Below, piece by piece: positions 15,717 through 16,063 of a stretch of DNA of 16,063 bases. Within the stretch, counting starts at the first letter, position 1. Each line of letters begins with the position of its first letter. A program made the translations under genes and the position numbers. Below the pieces are notes generated by a model that was not told where the DNA came from, made no database searches, and saw only the letters and a program-made list of their open reading frames with translations. The DNA is from Bdellovibrionia bacterium. GTDB taxonomy: Bacteria > Bdellovibrionota > UBA1018. Location: positions 1-16,063 of the forward strand of contig JBJMMA010000198.1 of the NCBI GenBank assembly GCA_045805065.1, in the 5' to 3' direction.

Positions 15717-16063
15717 GCAAGGTTGCACAGGCGCGTGGATACAGTGGATATGTCGAGGTGGAAACGCACTCTCTCTACGTCGAGTACAGTGCGCCTCTCC
15801 CTGGGTTTCCGACCCTCGTTCTTCTCAATGGTCTCAGCGACAACACTGAAAGCTGGAACGGGTTACTTGCCGCATTCAAGCTCCCGGGCTACGGTTTTCT
15901 TCGATTTGATTTCCGCGGGCAGGGTCGGTCTCTTGCGCATGAGCTTCAGGAATCCGGCTGTTTTGAAGACCCTGTTTACGTTGAAGATCAATCGAGGCAT
16001 CTTGATCTGGTTCTTGAGCATTTCGGGATTTCTGAACCACTTCATATTGTGGGCATGTCCTAC
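15704..16063 (+). CDS. Alpha/beta fold hydrolase, 3' truncated by the window
   Basis: Manual translation from ATG 15704 (AAGGA RBS; overlaps the phaC end by 13 bp): MAELGKVAQARGYSGYVEVETHSLYVEY…PTLVLLNGLSDNTESW…FLRFDFRGQGRS…LHIVGMSY, ending in the GxSxG nucleophile elbow. Confidence 0.88.
   Translation, partial: MAELGKVAQARGYSGYVEVETHSLYVEYSAPLPGFPTLVLLNGLSDNTESWNGLLAAFKLPGYGFLRFDFRGQGRSLAHELQESGCFEDPVYVEDQSRHLDLVLEHFGISEPLHIVGMSY

Noticed and set aside
15863..16045. 60-aa minus-strand ORF (and 15114..15677)
   Set aside because: Antisense to the alpha/beta hydrolase and phaC.
1..16063. Mobile element, prophage, defence system or RNA gene
   Set aside because: No transposase, integrase, terminal repeats, target-site duplication, defence domains or tRNA/rRNA-like sequence recognised.

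Overview
Bacterial chromosomal window with four blocks. (1) 1-3608: a minus-strand tandem array of secreted SBBP-type beta-propeller repeat genes. One is complete with 14 blades, one is cut by the window edge, and a ~45-bp relic of a third copy's 3' end abuts argH. (2) 3620-10965: a divergent arginine biosynthesis cluster, argG-argH (-) and argC-argJ-argB-argF-argR (+), with ARG boxes between the arms. There is no argD or carAB, and ArgG resembles methanogen-type enzymes. (3) 10938-13208: two divergent uncharacterised secreted HExxH (zincin-like) proteins. (4) 13299-end: a PHA cluster of a phasin-like gene and phaR (-), then a short phaE-like gene, class III/IV-type phaC and a truncated alpha/beta hydrolase (+), with candidate PhaR operators. 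Three secreted-protein genes share a sigma-28-like CCGA(T/A)AA element exactly 7 nt before the start codon, suggesting a leaderless FliA-type regulon. A Bdellovibrionota/Oligoflexia-like host is an inference only. No RNA genes, CRISPR arrays or mobile elements are supported. All family calls come from motif recognition, not searches.
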